NCBI RefSeq assembly: GCF_000150275.1
Contig: NW_002060949.1
Coordinates: 4,577,216 to 4,641,215 of the forward strand
Direction of reading: 5' to 3'
DNA length: 64,000 nt
Source: Trichoplax adhaerens
Lineage: Eukaryota > Animalia > Placozoa
Made by a program: the position numbers and the translations under genes. Positions within the stretch are counted from its first letter, which is position 1. Each line of letters opens with the position of its first letter. Of this stretch, positions 62,836 through 64,000 are shown piece by piece. The notes beneath the pieces were generated by a model. It had not been told where the DNA came from and did no database searches. It was given only the letters and a program-made list of their open reading frames with translations.

Positions 62836-64000
62836 ATGGAAATAGGTATGAGAATAGCTACTATGCTGTGAGTTCATTGTAGATTATTGTAAACTGTATA
62901 AACTGTAGATTGGCAGGTATATAACGTAGAGCATAAGAGAAATCTTATCACAGCGATCTATGCGTTATTTTGTGTCACTAGTTAAAATTTTAACAAATAT
63001 TGATTCAACTCTACTACTACATTTATAGAAATTACTATAATATTAATACGTATCCAATTTCGAAATCGTCCTTGATTGGTGTTATTGGAGATCATTTTGG
63101 GGCATTCCAAACTAAAGTATTCAATTCTGTAAATTACTATTGCATTTCTAGTTGATCCTGAAAGTGGCGGTGGTACGATATCACTATATGATGATTTTGA
63201 TTCTGCACCGATAAGAAGAAGTCCTATTCTTAGTGAACAATATTTGTATAAGATGGAAAATAAGCCGCTTGGCTATGCTTTGATTATCAATAATAGGTTA
63301 ATGATCTACGGTGATACGTTAGGTGTCATATTTTTTGTATTTATAAACTATCAATCATTAACCGTATACAATTTTATCTCTTTATCTTGTTAATAACTAG
63401 AAAATTCATTGGGATGCCTGAACGTAAAGGTAGCGATAGAGACGCTGAAGGTATGCAAACTCTATTGGTAAAACTAGGCTACAAAGTAGCAATGGGCAAC
63501 GATTTGAGTGCAGCTACAATGAAAGATGTATTACAACGATGGGCCGCCAAGGATCATAGTGCTTGTGATAGCTTCGTATGCGTGTTATTAAGCCATGGCG
63601 AGCAAGGTAAAATATTTGGCACTGATACCGACGTGGATATCGAAGAATTACTTGGACTGTTTAGAGGTAATCGTTGCGCTTCACTGGCTGGAAAGCCAAA
63701 GTTATTTTTTATTCAAGCTTGTCGTGGTACAAACTTTGATGAAGCTGTCGATCACGTTGACGGCGTTCCTGATGAATCAGCACTAAATACAGAAGGTTAT
63801 GAGGATGAAGTTGATGCTAAAACTCGGCAAACATTACCATCTGAAGCAGATTTTTTAATTGCCTATTCGGTTGTTCCAGGTTATTATTCTTGGAGAAATT
63901 CTACAAATGGTTCTTGGTTTATGCAAGCAGTTATTGACATTTTTACTAAATATTATAAGCAACTGGATCTTATAACAATGTTAACTATTGTTAATAATTC
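62836..64000 (+). CDS. Caspase A'': third copy of the caspase A catalytic region (62836-62845, 63152-63296, 63401->64000), truncated by the gap and the window end
   Basis: Near-identical to 20101-21265, including introns; SHG and QACRG are intact. Confidence 0.75.

Noticed and set aside
1-64000. Transposable elements, tRNA or rRNA genes
   Set aside because: No transposase or reverse transcriptase ORFs, terminal repeats with target-site duplications, or recognisable structural RNA sequences were seen by eye. Short non-autonomous elements cannot be excluded without a repeat library.

Overview
AT-rich eukaryotic (animal) genomic DNA with compact multi-exon genes and short GT-AG introns. The style suggests an early-branching metazoan such as a placozoan (Trichoplax-like), which is inference only. 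Gene order: tail-to-tail pair of ACOT7-like acyl-CoA thioesterases; TSEN34, with a triplicated 3' splice site; a multi-exon ATRX/ARIP4-clade SNF2 protein whose ATPase motifs I, II, V and VI are all degenerate (predicted pseudo-ATPase); a caspase cluster; a head-to-head pair of isovaleryl-CoA dehydrogenase paralogs, one carrying substrate-pocket substitutions resembling a 2-methylbutyryl-CoA dehydrogenase; a Rab24-like GTPase; a ~9 kb gene-poor stretch; and an N-myristoylation-motif gene interrupted by a 50-N gap, after which a third copy of the caspase begins. The caspase cluster contains two convergent CARD + caspase-3/7-type genes, a partial tandem duplicate encoding an intact CARD-less caspase with a new start, and a decayed CARD exon. 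Palindromic (TACAG)n/(CTGTA)n arrays cluster just upstream of most genes. No CRISPR arrays, rRNA, tRNA or transposase ORFs were recognised. Exon boundaries were read by eye and comparisons to known proteins are from memory.
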